From Myxococcota bacterium (GTDB taxonomy: Bacteria; Myxococcota_A; UBA9160; UBA4427): a DNA stretch of 64,000 nucleotides. The stretch spans positions 99,392-163,391 of the forward strand of contig JAQWRT010000015.1 in the NCBI GenBank assembly GCA_029243605.1. The letters are read 5' to 3'. Position 1 is the first letter of the stretch. Every line of letters starts with the position of its first letter. The position numbers were made by a program, and so were the translations under genes. The notes under the pieces were generated by a model. The model saw only the letters and a list, made by a program, of their open reading frames with translations. It was not told the DNA's origin and searched no databases. Positions 26,215 to 35,200 of the stretch are shown here, in pieces.

Positions 26215-27900
26215 CTACTCGTCTTCGATCTGGATATTTTCGCTTTCGCCGGTCAGGACGTTCTTCAGAACTTTACCCGCGGCATTTCGGGGGAGGGGGT
26301 CCTGCCTGATATCCCATTCGCTCGGGACCTTGTAGGCCGCCAGGGTTTCCCCCGTCCAGCGGGCGAGTTCGTCGGGATCGAGGCTTGCTCCCGGAGCGGG
26401 CACAACAATGGCCTTGACCGCTTGGCCGAGTTCTTCGTGGTCGACGCCCACCACCGCGCACTCGCCCACCTTGGGGTGGGCATCGATGCGGTGTTCGATT
26501 TCGACGGGATAAACATTTTCTCCCGAGCGAAGGATCATGTCCCGGGCGCGTGAGTTGATGAAAAGGTAGCCCGCATCATCCAGGCGACCGATATCCCCGG
26601 TGGCAAGCCATTGCCCGGGTTTGATGGTTTTCGCCGTGGCCTCTGGATTGCGCCAATAGCCCAGCATCAGGTAGGCGCTGCGGATGTGGATCTCGCCGTA
26701 TTCCCCGGCGGGTAGCGGCTTGTCGTTCTCGTCGCGGATCTCGACCTGGTGGCCCGCCGCGACGAGACCCGCCGAAGTCGGCCGATCCACGAGTTCCACG
26801 CCCCCGATAATCGTGCCCATTCCCCCGGACTCCGACAGCCCATAACCCAGCCCCAGGTTTCCGGCCGCTTTGGGAAAGGCTTCGCGCATCCTTTGCTGGA
26901 GATCCGGGCTGGTCGGCGCTCCCCCGAACCCAATGCTACGCAGGCTGGAGAGATCGTAACGCTCCCGGGAGGGGTGGTTGATCACCAGAGCGCCCGAACT
27001 CCCCAGGGCGCTCCACATGGTGACCTTCTCCTTCTCCATCAGGCGCATGACATCCTCGGGGTCGAAGCGCGCGTCGCGGTAGACGGTTTTGATTCCCTGG
27101 CTGAGCATCATGATGACCGCGGCGTAGAGCCCGGAAAGGTGAAAGAGGGGAACGGTGACCAGGCTGCAAGGGCTCGGTGCTTCGCCGGACTCCGGGCTGT
27201 TCGTCCCGCTCTGAGCCGCAATCATGAAGCGTTCGAGCCCGTGGAGAGCCTGGGTCTTCGTGAAGCCCACTAGGGCCCGATGGCTGACCATGGCGCCCTT
27301 GGGTCGGCCCGTGGTGCCGCTCGTGTAGAGAATCAGGCACGGGTCGTCTTCGTCGATGGGCGCGTCGGGCAGTTCGGGGGCGACTTCGCCCTCCATCAGC
27401 CCGGCGAACTCGCTCTCGATTTCCAGGGTGGGGACGCCCAGTTCGAGTTCCTGGATTCGAGCCAGGCGCTTGCGATCACCGATCAAGAGCTTGGGTTCGC
27501 TATGCCCGGTGGCGTACTCGATCTCGTCTGCGGTCCAGAGCCCGTTGAAGGCCACCAAAATCCCGCCCAGGCTGGCGACGGCCCACCAGGTCATGACCCA
27601 TTCGGTGCTGTTGGCCGCGAGCAGGGCCACCCGGTCGCCCTTTTGGATCCCATATTCCTCGGCGAGGGATCGGGCGATTTTTGCCACGCGTTGGATGTGA
27701 TCGGCGTAAGTGATTCTCAGGTCGCCCTGGACGAGATATTCCTGATCACCGTGGACCGCGGAGTTCTGCAGGAGCTCGCGAACCGACCTCTCGCGGTTTT
27801 TGAAGACCTTCAGGGTCTCCCCGAAAACGGTCTCCTCGGTGAGTTCGAAGGGGCCCTCGGGGCCGGTCAATTGTTGGCGGATTTCTTCGCGTAGAGTCAA
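26215..27900 (-). CDS. Acyl-CoA synthetase (AMP-forming, ANL superfamily)
   Basis: Motifs ILYTSGTTGRPKGAMVSH, GYGLSESGG, and TGDIGRLDDAGYLFINSRARDMILRSGENVYPVEIE. TTG start at 27900. Confidence 0.9.
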   Translation of the reverse strand: MTLREEIRQQLTGPEGPFELTEETVFGETLKVFKNRERSVRELLQNSAVHGDQEYLVQGDLRITYADHIQRVAKIARSLAEEYGIQKGDRVALLAANSTEWVMTWWAVASLGGILVAFNGLWTADEIEYATGHSEPKLLIGDRKRLARIQELELGVPTLEIESEFAGLMEGEVAPELPDAPIDEDDPCLILYTSGTTGRPKGAMVSHRALVGFTKTQALHGLERFMIAAQSGTNSPESGEAPSPCSLVTVPLFHLSGLYAAVIMMLSQGIKTVYRDARFDPEDVMRLMEKEKVTMWSALGSSGALVINHPSRERYDLSSLRSIGFGGAPTSPDLQQRMREAFPKAAGNLGLGYGLSESGGMGTIIGGVELVDRPTSAGLVAAGHQVEIRDENDKPLPAGEYGEIHIRSAYLMLGYWRNPEATAKTIKPGQWLATGDIGRLDDAGYLFINSRARDMILRSGENVYPVEIEHRIDAHPKVGECAVVGVDHEELGQAVKAIVVPAPGASLDPDELARWTGETLAAYKVPSEWDIRQDPLPRNAAGKVLKNVLTGESENIQIEDE

Positions 27901-28091
27901 AGCTGGCCTTCCGGGTCTGGCTGCCGGCGGCCGGGAGGCCGGGCAGGGAGGGGTTCGCGATTCAAGATCTTACCCTGAACGATGCCCGCTTTCACGGGTT
28001 CCTGTGCGGGCGGAGCCACGGGATCCGTGTAGCATTCGCATTCGGCCGGGCGCGTCCTGCGTTCCGGACCGGCCTCGAGAGGTAGAATGCG

Positions 28092-28949
28092 ATGAAAGAG
28101 TTGGACGGACGTGTTGCGGTGGTCACCGGCGCTGCCAGCGGGATCGGTCGGGCTTTTAGCCAGCGCTTGGCCGCCCAGGGGATGAAGGTCGTGATGGCCG
28201 ATGTGGAGGGAGGCGCCCTCGAGGCGGCAGCGGGCGCCCTGAAAGCCGATGGACACCAGGTGCTGGCGGTTCAGACCGATATCAGCCAGGCGGATTCGGT
28301 GAGTGCCCTGGCCGAGCGCGCTGTGGATGCCTACGGAAAGGTGCATGTTCTCTGCAATAATGCGGGGGTTTTCGCGGCAGGGCTCTCCTGGGAAGCACCC
28401 CAATCCGATTACGATTGGGTCTTCGGGGTCAACGTCTGGGGCGTCCTTCACGGCCTCAGAAGTTTCGTGCCGCATATGCTCGCCCACGGCGAGCCGAGCC
28501 ATATCGTCAATACCGCCTCGATGGCCGCGGTGACCACGGCCCCCTTCACGGCGCCCTATTACATGAGCAAGGCGGCGGTTTTTTCACTTTCCGAGAGCCT
28601 TTACGGAGAGATGCAGGCGCGCTCGGCGGCCATCGGGGTTTCGGTCCTGTGCCCCGAACTCGTGGATACGGCGATTGCTCGGGGCGAGCGCAATCGCCCC
28701 GAACACCTGAAGCGCAAAAGCGGGGAGGGGGATTCACCCGAGCGCGAGCTTGTGGAGCAGGCGATTCATGCGGCGACGCCGACGGGCTCCGACCCCACGG
28801 TTCTGGCAGATCGCGCCATCGAGGCGATCTACGAGAATCGTTTCTACGTATTGGCCCCGGAAGGCAATTCCTGGCGCGATGCCTGCAATACTCGGCTCGA
28901 GGATATTCGCCTAGCCCGAAACCCCACCAACGCGTTGCCCGATCCGTGA
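28092..28949 (+). CDS. Short-chain dehydrogenase/reductase (SDR)
   Basis: Cofactor motif VTGAASGIGRA, NNAG, and catalytic Y-x3-K (YYMSKAA). Confidence 0.9.
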   Translation: MKELDGRVAVVTGAASGIGRAFSQRLAAQGMKVVMADVEGGALEAAAGALKADGHQVLAVQTDISQADSVSALAERAVDAYGKVHVLCNNAGVFAAGLSWEAPQSDYDWVFGVNVWGVLHGLRSFVPHMLAHGEPSHIVNTASMAAVTTAPFTAPYYMSKAAVFSLSESLYGEMQARSAAIGVSVLCPELVDTAIARGERNRPEHLKRKSGEGDSPERELVEQAIHAATPTGSDPTVLADRAIEAIYENRFYVLAPEGNSWRDACNTRLEDIRLARNPTNALPDP

Positions 28950-29009
28950 TTGGGGGGAGCGCGCAATGGGCCGGGCTGAGCAATAGAGTCAACGAAACGA
29001 GGAGATGAG

Positions 29010-29804
29010 ATGGGACGTCTTGACGAAAAAGTGGCGCTGGTCACAGGGGCGGCTTCGGGGATCGGTGCCGCGGTCGCATTGCGCTTTGCCCAGGAGGGCG
29101 CTCGGATCGCCGGAATCGATATCCAGGAACTCGACGACGGCGACTGGGCCGAGGCGGCTCGACTCTCGGGAGTCGGCCGGATGCATAAGCTCGACGTGCG
29201 CGATAAGTCCGCCATGGTCGCTGCCGTGGCCGAAGTGGAAGCAGAGTTTGGGCGGGTGGATATCCTGGTCAACTCAGCGGGCGTCGCGGGGGGAGGCCCC
29301 GTCCACCTGATTCCCGACGAGGAGTGGGATCGGGTGATGGATATCAACCTGAAGGGCACCCTGCACGCCTGCCAGGCCGTGGTTCCCGGAATGTTGAGTA
29401 GACAAGCGGGGAGCATCGTCAACGTCGCCAGCGTCGAGGGGATCGAGGGCTTCGAGGGGGGGAGCGCCTACAATGCCTCAAAGGGGGCGGTGATTCTCCT
29501 GACCCGCAATATGGCGATCGATTATGGGCGTCGCGGGATCCGGGTCAACGCGGTCTGTCCGGGCTTCATCGAGACCCCTCTTTTTAGTGCCACGTTGGAG
29601 AATGAGGGCATGGCCCAGGTGCGCGAGAAGATCCGGGAAGCGCATCAACTCGGGCGCTTTGGTCGCCCCGAGGAAATCGCAAACGGTGCGCTCTTCCTCG
29701 CCTCCGATGAGGCCTCATTCGTCACCGGTCAGGCGCTTCCCGTGGATGGAGGCTATACCGCCGGCCATCGCTTCGGCATCGCCGAGATGATGGGACTCGA
29801 TTGA
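29010..29804 (+). CDS. Short-chain dehydrogenase/reductase (FabG-like SDR)
   Basis: VTGAASGIGAA, NSAGV, catalytic SAYNASKGAV, and C-terminal VDGGYTAG. Confidence 0.9.
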   Translation: MGRLDEKVALVTGAASGIGAAVALRFAQEGARIAGIDIQELDDGDWAEAARLSGVGRMHKLDVRDKSAMVAAVAEVEAEFGRVDILVNSAGVAGGGPVHLIPDEEWDRVMDINLKGTLHACQAVVPGMLSRQAGSIVNVASVEGIEGFEGGSAYNASKGAVILLTRNMAIDYGRRGIRVNAVCPGFIETPLFSATLENEGMAQVREKIREAHQLGRFGRPEEIANGALFLASDEASFVTGQALPVDGGYTAGHRFGIAEMMGLD

Positions 29805-29828
29805 GAGGGTGTTCCTGAGGGGCGGGCT

Positions 29829-32800
29829 CTAGAAACTCAAGCGGACCCGGCCGGTCACCGCGTTGACCGTGGTGTCCTTCCAGAGGAAGCCGTCGTAGCG
29901 AAGGGTGAAGGTGAGTCGGTCGGCCACCAGGGGCGTCCAGTCGAGTCCGACACCCACTTCGAAGCCCTGCTGGAAGCTCTGGCTTTCGATGCTGAAGGCG
30001 TCGGTGGTCGAATCGAGAAAGCGGGCCTCAAGTCGGTTCTGCTCTTCGCCCAGAGGCTGGCGCCAGCGCAGGGAGAGGTGGGGTCGCCAGACGCCGTCGA
30101 CATTCTCGAGCAGGTCGGTCCAGTAGCCGTTCTTGTGCAGGGCCGTAGTGAGGTCGAACCCAACACGAGCGGTTCCCGTGGAGTCGGTACGGCTCGGCAG
30201 GACTAGGGCTGCGCCGCCACCGCCACTCTCGCTGATCTCGGATTGCAGCAGCGCCGTGTAGTCCAGGGAGAGGGTGGGGCTGATCAGGAACGCGCCGCTT
30301 TCGACGCCATACTCGGCCTCGATACGAATTTCGAGGCGGTCAATCCCGTAGTCCGCCTCGGCGCGGTTGACGAACTCGCCGATGGAGAAATCACGAACCC
30401 GGTGTTGCCAGCTGTGGCCGTAGCTCGTCACGCCCTGGAGGCGAAAATTGCCCGTGGTGTATCCCGCGTAGAGTCCGAGATCCAGGGTCTTGAAGTCGCC
30501 GGGGCCCGCCCCATCCACGTGAATCGAACCGTAGGCGGTGCCCAGGGAAGCGGAGACCACGAGGTTTTCGTCGACCCGGCGATCGACGCCCAGGGCGACG
30601 CCTCCGGCATTATCGCTGTATGATATCTGTCCCGGCCGGCCCTGGTAGTTGCCGAACTGGCCGTAGGATGTGATCCACGGCTCCAGGGGGCGCTCGCGAC
30701 AGAGAGTTCGTGTGCGCGGGTCGGTCACCACCTGACCCGGGGGAGCGATGCAGAAGCGTGGTCGTTCGAGGAGTGCCTGGACGAAGCGGTTGCCGAGTTC
30801 CAGGGTCGCCTGGGTGTGGGCGCCGTAGGCCGCGGGGCTGAGTTGGTCCATGGCATCGAGGTAGCTGTCGAAGCCCAGGATTTCGGTCTGAGAGACGAGA
30901 GCCTGGGTGCCGCTGCTGGCGCCCGGGGCAGAGAGGGCGGTGACGGCTTGGGAGGTGGCCCATTGGTTGTCGGAGTACCCGGTGACGTTCACCGAGAGTG
31001 AGACCTGGTTGGCCGAATAGACCGGAGCGCCAATGACGAAATCGGGGTTTTCGGGCAAGACGATCCGGTCGAACTCGTTGATGCGACCCCCGTCTGCCTG
31101 AAGGAGGATGAACTCTGCGGGCCCGCGAAAGCCTCCGCCGATGATGATTTCGAGGAGGCCATCAGCGAGGGCAGCGCTCCCGGTGGTGGTCAGGAGGGGG
31201 CCGCCCCGGGTCGCCTGGCTGAGAAGAGCTTGCAGGGTGGGCTCGGGGTCGCCGGGTTGGGGTACCAGGGAAGTCGGTGGTGCGTGGCTATAGCTTCCAT
31301 CGATGGTGGTGGGCGCGAGCAGGGCGAGGGTTCCGTTGCGATCCACCACGACATCGCGGTTTTCGGGGCTCTGCCCGGTGAGTTGCCAGCGCCCGGAGTC
31401 GACTCGGAGCGAAGTAAAATTCTCGGCCAGGCCCGAGTCAAATTGCCCCAGAGCACCCCGCTCTCCCGTCAGCTCGAGGGTATTGCTGCCGATCCCTCCA
31501 TCGACGACGGGCATTCCGAGATCGCTGAGTTCCGCCCCGGTGGCCAGCTGGAAACGATCGTCGCCTTCGCCGAGGAGCACGGTGCCCTGAATGAGGCCCG
31601 CGTTAAGAATGACGTCGTTCCCGGGCGAGCCCTGGATCGCGATCCCCCGGCCAGGGACGCCGAGGTCGCTGAGGTCGGCCAGGATCGACGCTCCCGCCCC
31701 ATTCTCGATTCGGCTCTCGCCGCCCGGGAGGGCTTCGCCCATGATGACGAGCGCCCCGGCTGCGGGGTCGGTGCTGCGCAGGACGCCGCCCGGATTTCCG
31801 GATGCCCCCGCCGCATTGCTGAAGCTGGCTTGTTCGGGGTCCGAGTGGGCCCCGATCTCGATGCCGCGGCTTCCGCTTCCGCCGATGCTGATCTCTCCTT
31901 GGTTGACGAAGAGGCTGTCGACGCCGGCGCGGATCGCGACGGCATCGCTGCCCAGGACTTCCAAGCTCCCCGAGTTTTCACCCTCGGCGAGGATTCCGAA
32001 ATCAAAGCCCAGGGCTCCTGCGCCGTTGAGGATCAGGGTTCCGGCGTTGATCGCCCGGCCGCCGCCCTCGACTTGGATGCCGATGACTGCGTCTCCCGTC
32101 ATTTCGAGGGAGGCCCCGAGTTCGTTAATCGTGGTGGTTGCCTGGCCGCCCTGAAGGCCGACGCTGTCGTTCGCATTGAAAACCATGGTGCCCAGGTTGC
32201 CGCCTGGGTTGGCGTTGCTGCCCAGGCGAATGCCGATACTGCCCGGAGCCGACGAGGTGATGGAGCCTTGATTGGTGATCTGGCCGCCGAAGTCGGCCCC
32301 TGCGAGGCCCACTGCGTCGAGGGCCGTGGCCTCCAAAACGATGCGGGCGCCGGGCTGGTTGTCGATGACTGTGTTGCGGCCCCCGGCCAGGCCGATGGTG
32401 CCAGCGCCGCTGAGGGTCAGGTCTCCGGCCTGGGTAATCTGGGAGCCGTTTCCCAGGGAGGCACCCGTGGCTTGATCACCGGAAACCGTGATCGAGCCGG
32501 TGTTCTCGAGGAACACCCCATTCGTCCCGAAAACGCCGGTGGCATTGGAGCCCGAGACCTCGAGGCTACCCGTGTTGAAAACCCCGGAAGAGTCCAGGAC
32601 CGCGATTCCAACGCTGTCGCTGCCAGCCACTTCGATGGTTCCATCATTCTGGCTGCGGGTCGGGCTTCCGACATTGATGCCGAAGGCGCCTGGGCCGGTG
32701 ACGACGATCGAGCCACTGAGCGAATTGACGAAGGGGGCGGCTTCAGACGAGCTCCCATCGCCGCCGAGGATTCCGCTGCTGGCGCCGCCGATCACTTCAA

Positions 32801-33119
32801 TCCGGCCGTTGTTGGTGACGGCGCTGGTATTCTCCACCACGATGCCATCTCCGGGAGCCGTGACCGTGGCGTTCTCCTCGATCACCACGGTGACGGAATC
32901 GACGCCCGTGGGAACCGAATAACCCGCTGGGTTGTTGCCGGAGCAGCTGACCGTGTCCCCGGGCGAAGCGGGGTCCGGTAGACAGGCGGCCGAGAGCGGG
33001 AGGGCGGGGAGGACGAGGACGCCACCCAGCAGAAGGAGAGCCCCTCCTCGGGCCACCCGGCGTCTGGCCCAGCACACGGCTCCATGGGCTCCCTGACGGG
33101 GTTTGCCGCTCCAGCTCAT
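29829..33119 (-). CDS. Autotransporter outer-membrane protein (large Gly/Ser/Thr-rich beta-helical passenger), possibly lipidated
   Basis: Signal peptide ending LPALPLSAAC (lipobox-like). Long repetitive G/S/T/N/V passenger. C-terminal beta-barrel ending GRVRLSF. Confidence 0.8.
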   Translation of the reverse strand: MSWSGKPRQGAHGAVCWARRRVARGGALLLLGGVLVLPALPLSAACLPDPASPGDTVSCSGNNPAGYSVPTGVDSVTVVIEENATVTAPGDGIVVENTSAVTNNGRIEVIGGASSGILGGDGSSSEAAPFVNSLSGSIVVTGPGAFGINVGSPTRSQNDGTIEVAGSDSVGIAVLDSSGVFNTGSLEVSGSNATGVFGTNGVFLENTGSITVSGDQATGASLGNGSQITQAGDLTLSGAGTIGLAGGRNTVIDNQPGARIVLEATALDAVGLAGADFGGQITNQGSITSSAPGSIGIRLGSNANPGGNLGTMVFNANDSVGLQGGQATTTINELGASLEMTGDAVIGIQVEGGGRAINAGTLILNGAGALGFDFGILAEGENSGSLEVLGSDAVAIRAGVDSLFVNQGEISIGGSGSRGIEIGAHSDPEQASFSNAAGASGNPGGVLRSTDPAAGALVIMGEALPGGESRIENGAGASILADLSDLGVPGRGIAIQGSPGNDVILNAGLIQGTVLLGEGDDRFQLATGAELSDLGMPVVDGGIGSNTLELTGERGALGQFDSGLAENFTSLRVDSGRWQLTGQSPENRDVVVDRNGTLALLAPTTIDGSYSHAPPTSLVPQPGDPEPTLQALLSQATRGGPLLTTTGSAALADGLLEIIIGGGFRGPAEFILLQADGGRINEFDRIVLPENPDFVIGAPVYSANQVSLSVNVTGYSDNQWATSQAVTALSAPGASSGTQALVSQTEILGFDSYLDAMDQLSPAAYGAHTQATLELGNRFVQALLERPRFCIAPPGQVVTDPRTRTLCRERPLEPWITSYGQFGNYQGRPGQISYSDNAGGVALGVDRRVDENLVVSASLGTAYGSIHVDGAGPGDFKTLDLGLYAGYTTGNFRLQGVTSYGHSWQHRVRDFSIGEFVNRAEADYGIDRLEIRIEAEYGVESGAFLISPTLSLDYTALLQSEISESGGGGAALVLPSRTDSTGTARVGFDLTTALHKNGYWTDLLENVDGVWRPHLSLRWRQPLGEEQNRLEARFLDSTTDAFSIESQSFQQGFEVGVGLDWTPLVADRLTFTLRYDGFLWKDTTVNAVTGRVRLSF

Positions 33120-33261
33120 TCCTGCCTCCTCCTGGCCCCGGATTTTGCTGGCGTGGGGGGATCGCCGCTCTTCTGGTTTTACGGGTTTCCGGGGGGCAAG
33201 CCTTAGCGAGATCGTACCGCGCCGAGCTCGGGGGGATAAAAACTCCCAGGGTGCGGATTTT

Positions 33262-34356
33262 TCAGCTCTCGGGCACCAGGCACGAGTGGATCGATTCCTC
33301 GTCGGGGATCTCCCGGGCCAGGGTGCGGATGGCGAGTTCGGCCTCTCGCAATGCGAATCGGTGAGTGTGCATTTTTTCGATGGGGGTGCTGCGCGATTCG
33401 ATCAACCGGATGGCGTTGGCGTAGCCCGAGGACGTCACGCCGATGGCGCCGCGCAGGGTGATCTCCTTCATAACGACTTTGTCGGAGATGAAATCGGGGA
33501 CGGCCTTGAACCCCTTGGTGCCCGCGAGAACGACGCTGCCCCCAAAGGTGACGAAGTCGAGGGCCTGAATAATGGGTTCGGTGGCGTAGGAGGAGACGTC
33601 GACCACGACATCGGCCCCTCGGCCGTTGGTGATTTCACGAACCCTTTGGACCGGATCCTCGTTCTGGACGTCGATGGTGTGGTGAGCGCCGAAATGTCGG
33701 GCGAGTTCGAGTTTGCGATGGTCGGCGGCCAAGCCCGTCACGATGATCTGAGCCGCGCCGGCTTCCCGGCAAGCCAGTACACACGAGAGCCCGCGCTGGC
33801 CTGGCCCCATGATCACCACCGTGTCCCCGGGCCGGGTGCCCGGCATCTCCACGCCCCAGCGAAAACCCGCACCCAGGGGGTTGAACATGACGGCGAGCTC
33901 GGCCGGAAGTGTGGGATCGATTTTGTGCACGATGCTGTTGGGGTGGAGGTACATGAATTGGGAGTAGGCGCCCCAGAGCCCGGGCGCATCGGCCAGGGGG
34001 ATATAGGAATAGATGCGGCGAGTGGGACAGAGGTGGTAGCTCCCGGTCAAGCAATTCGAGCAGTTCCGGCAGGCGAGCATGGTTTCCACCGCAACGCGGT
34101 CCCCCACGTCGACGCCCCAGCGCGTGGCGGCGCCGTCCCCGATCCGTTCGATGATGCCCAGGGGCTCGTGGCCCGGGATGGCGGGCATGGGGCTGCGCAG
34201 GACACCCTCGAATTGCTCGTAATCGCTGCCGCAAATCCCGCACGCCTCGATTCGGAGCAGGGCGTCATCGTGTCCGATTTCGGGGATGGCCACGTCCTGG
34301 GCGGCGAGTTGGCGGGGGGCCGTGTGGACCATGGCCAGGCTGGTTTTCGTCGGCAT
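33262..34356 (-). CDS. Zinc-dependent alcohol dehydrogenase (MDR superfamily)
   Basis: The ATG at 34356 gives MPTKTSLAMV... Catalytic Zn site EACGICGSD..GHEPLG, structural Zn cysteines CRNCSNCLTGSYHLC, and NAD fold VIMGPGQRG. Confidence 0.9.
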   Translation of the reverse strand: MPTKTSLAMVHTAPRQLAAQDVAIPEIGHDDALLRIEACGICGSDYEQFEGVLRSPMPAIPGHEPLGIIERIGDGAATRWGVDVGDRVAVETMLACRNCSNCLTGSYHLCPTRRIYSYIPLADAPGLWGAYSQFMYLHPNSIVHKIDPTLPAELAVMFNPLGAGFRWGVEMPGTRPGDTVVIMGPGQRGLSCVLACREAGAAQIIVTGLAADHRKLELARHFGAHHTIDVQNEDPVQRVREITNGRGADVVVDVSSYATEPIIQALDFVTFGGSVVLAGTKGFKAVPDFISDKVVMKEITLRGAIGVTSSGYANAIRLIESRSTPIEKMHTHRFALREAELAIRTLAREIPDEESIHSCLVPES

Positions 34357-34471
34357 GCGTTGCTCCCATCGTCGATTGTGCCCCGCGATGGTACTTTCGA
34401 AGGCGCTCGATCCCCAGACCCGGGTGGGGATCGCGTAGAAAATTGGCTCGGGGAGGACGATTGGGGGGGGA

Positions 34472-35200
34472 ATGAAGATCGGCGTCATCGGCGAGATCGA
34501 GGGCGCGGGGGACGAGGCCCGCCTGGATCGGCTCGCAGCGGCGGAAACCCAAGGCTATGCGGCGGTTTGGCTCGACGTGGCCCCCGGCGTCGAGGCCTCG
34601 GCGGGGCGCAGCCTCTTTGGCCTGGCGCGCATCGCCGAGAGCAGTCGCTCCGCGCGGATCGGGCTGCGCGCGCCCCTGCCCGCCGACCTGCACCCCCTCC
34701 GCCTCGCCGAGGACCTGGCCGCCCTGGATATCCTCTCGGGGGGTCGCCTGGATTGGGCGCCTCGGGCGGGGGCCTGCGCCGAGAGCCTCGAGATCGTGCT
34801 CAACGCCTGGCGGGGCGAGCCCTTCGCGCATCGCGGTGCGCGCTTCGAATTTCCCGAACTGCGCTGCCTGCCGCGCCCCGAGCAGGCGCCGCACCCGGCC
34901 CTATGGTTCGAGCCCGGAGAGACGCCTCCCGGCGCCTCGGAACCGGGCTGCACCGGGTGGCTCGAGGATGTGCTGCCGGGCCAGTCCGCCGAAAGGCCCG
35001 GTGGATCGGGCCCTCGGGTGCTGGTCTATCCGCTTTCGAGTGCGGGCGGGCGCGGCCCCAAGGAATGGCGCGGCGAACTCGAGGCTTGGCGAACCCGGGC
35101 CGACCCGGATTGGGTCTTGGTCTGTCCTGGGAGCGACGAGGCGCATGCGGCCGAAGCTCAGCGGAGCTTCGCCGGGGAAATCGCCGAACTCAACGCTTGA
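34472..35200 (+). CDS. Luciferase-like (LLM) flavin/deazaflavin oxidoreductase family protein, short and divergent
   Basis: LLM-like segments YAAVWLDV.., LRLAEDLAALDILSGGRLDW. It is shorter than typical family members. It converges on, and overlaps by 11 nt, the next LLM gene. Confidence 0.6.
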   Translation: MKIGVIGEIEGAGDEARLDRLAAAETQGYAAVWLDVAPGVEASAGRSLFGLARIAESSRSARIGLRAPLPADLHPLRLAEDLAALDILSGGRLDWAPRAGACAESLEIVLNAWRGEPFAHRGARFEFPELRCLPRPEQAPHPALWFEPGETPPGASEPGCTGWLEDVLPGQSAERPGGSGPRVLVYPLSSAGGRGPKEWRGELEAWRTRADPDWVLVCPGSDEAHAAEAQRSFAGEIAELNA

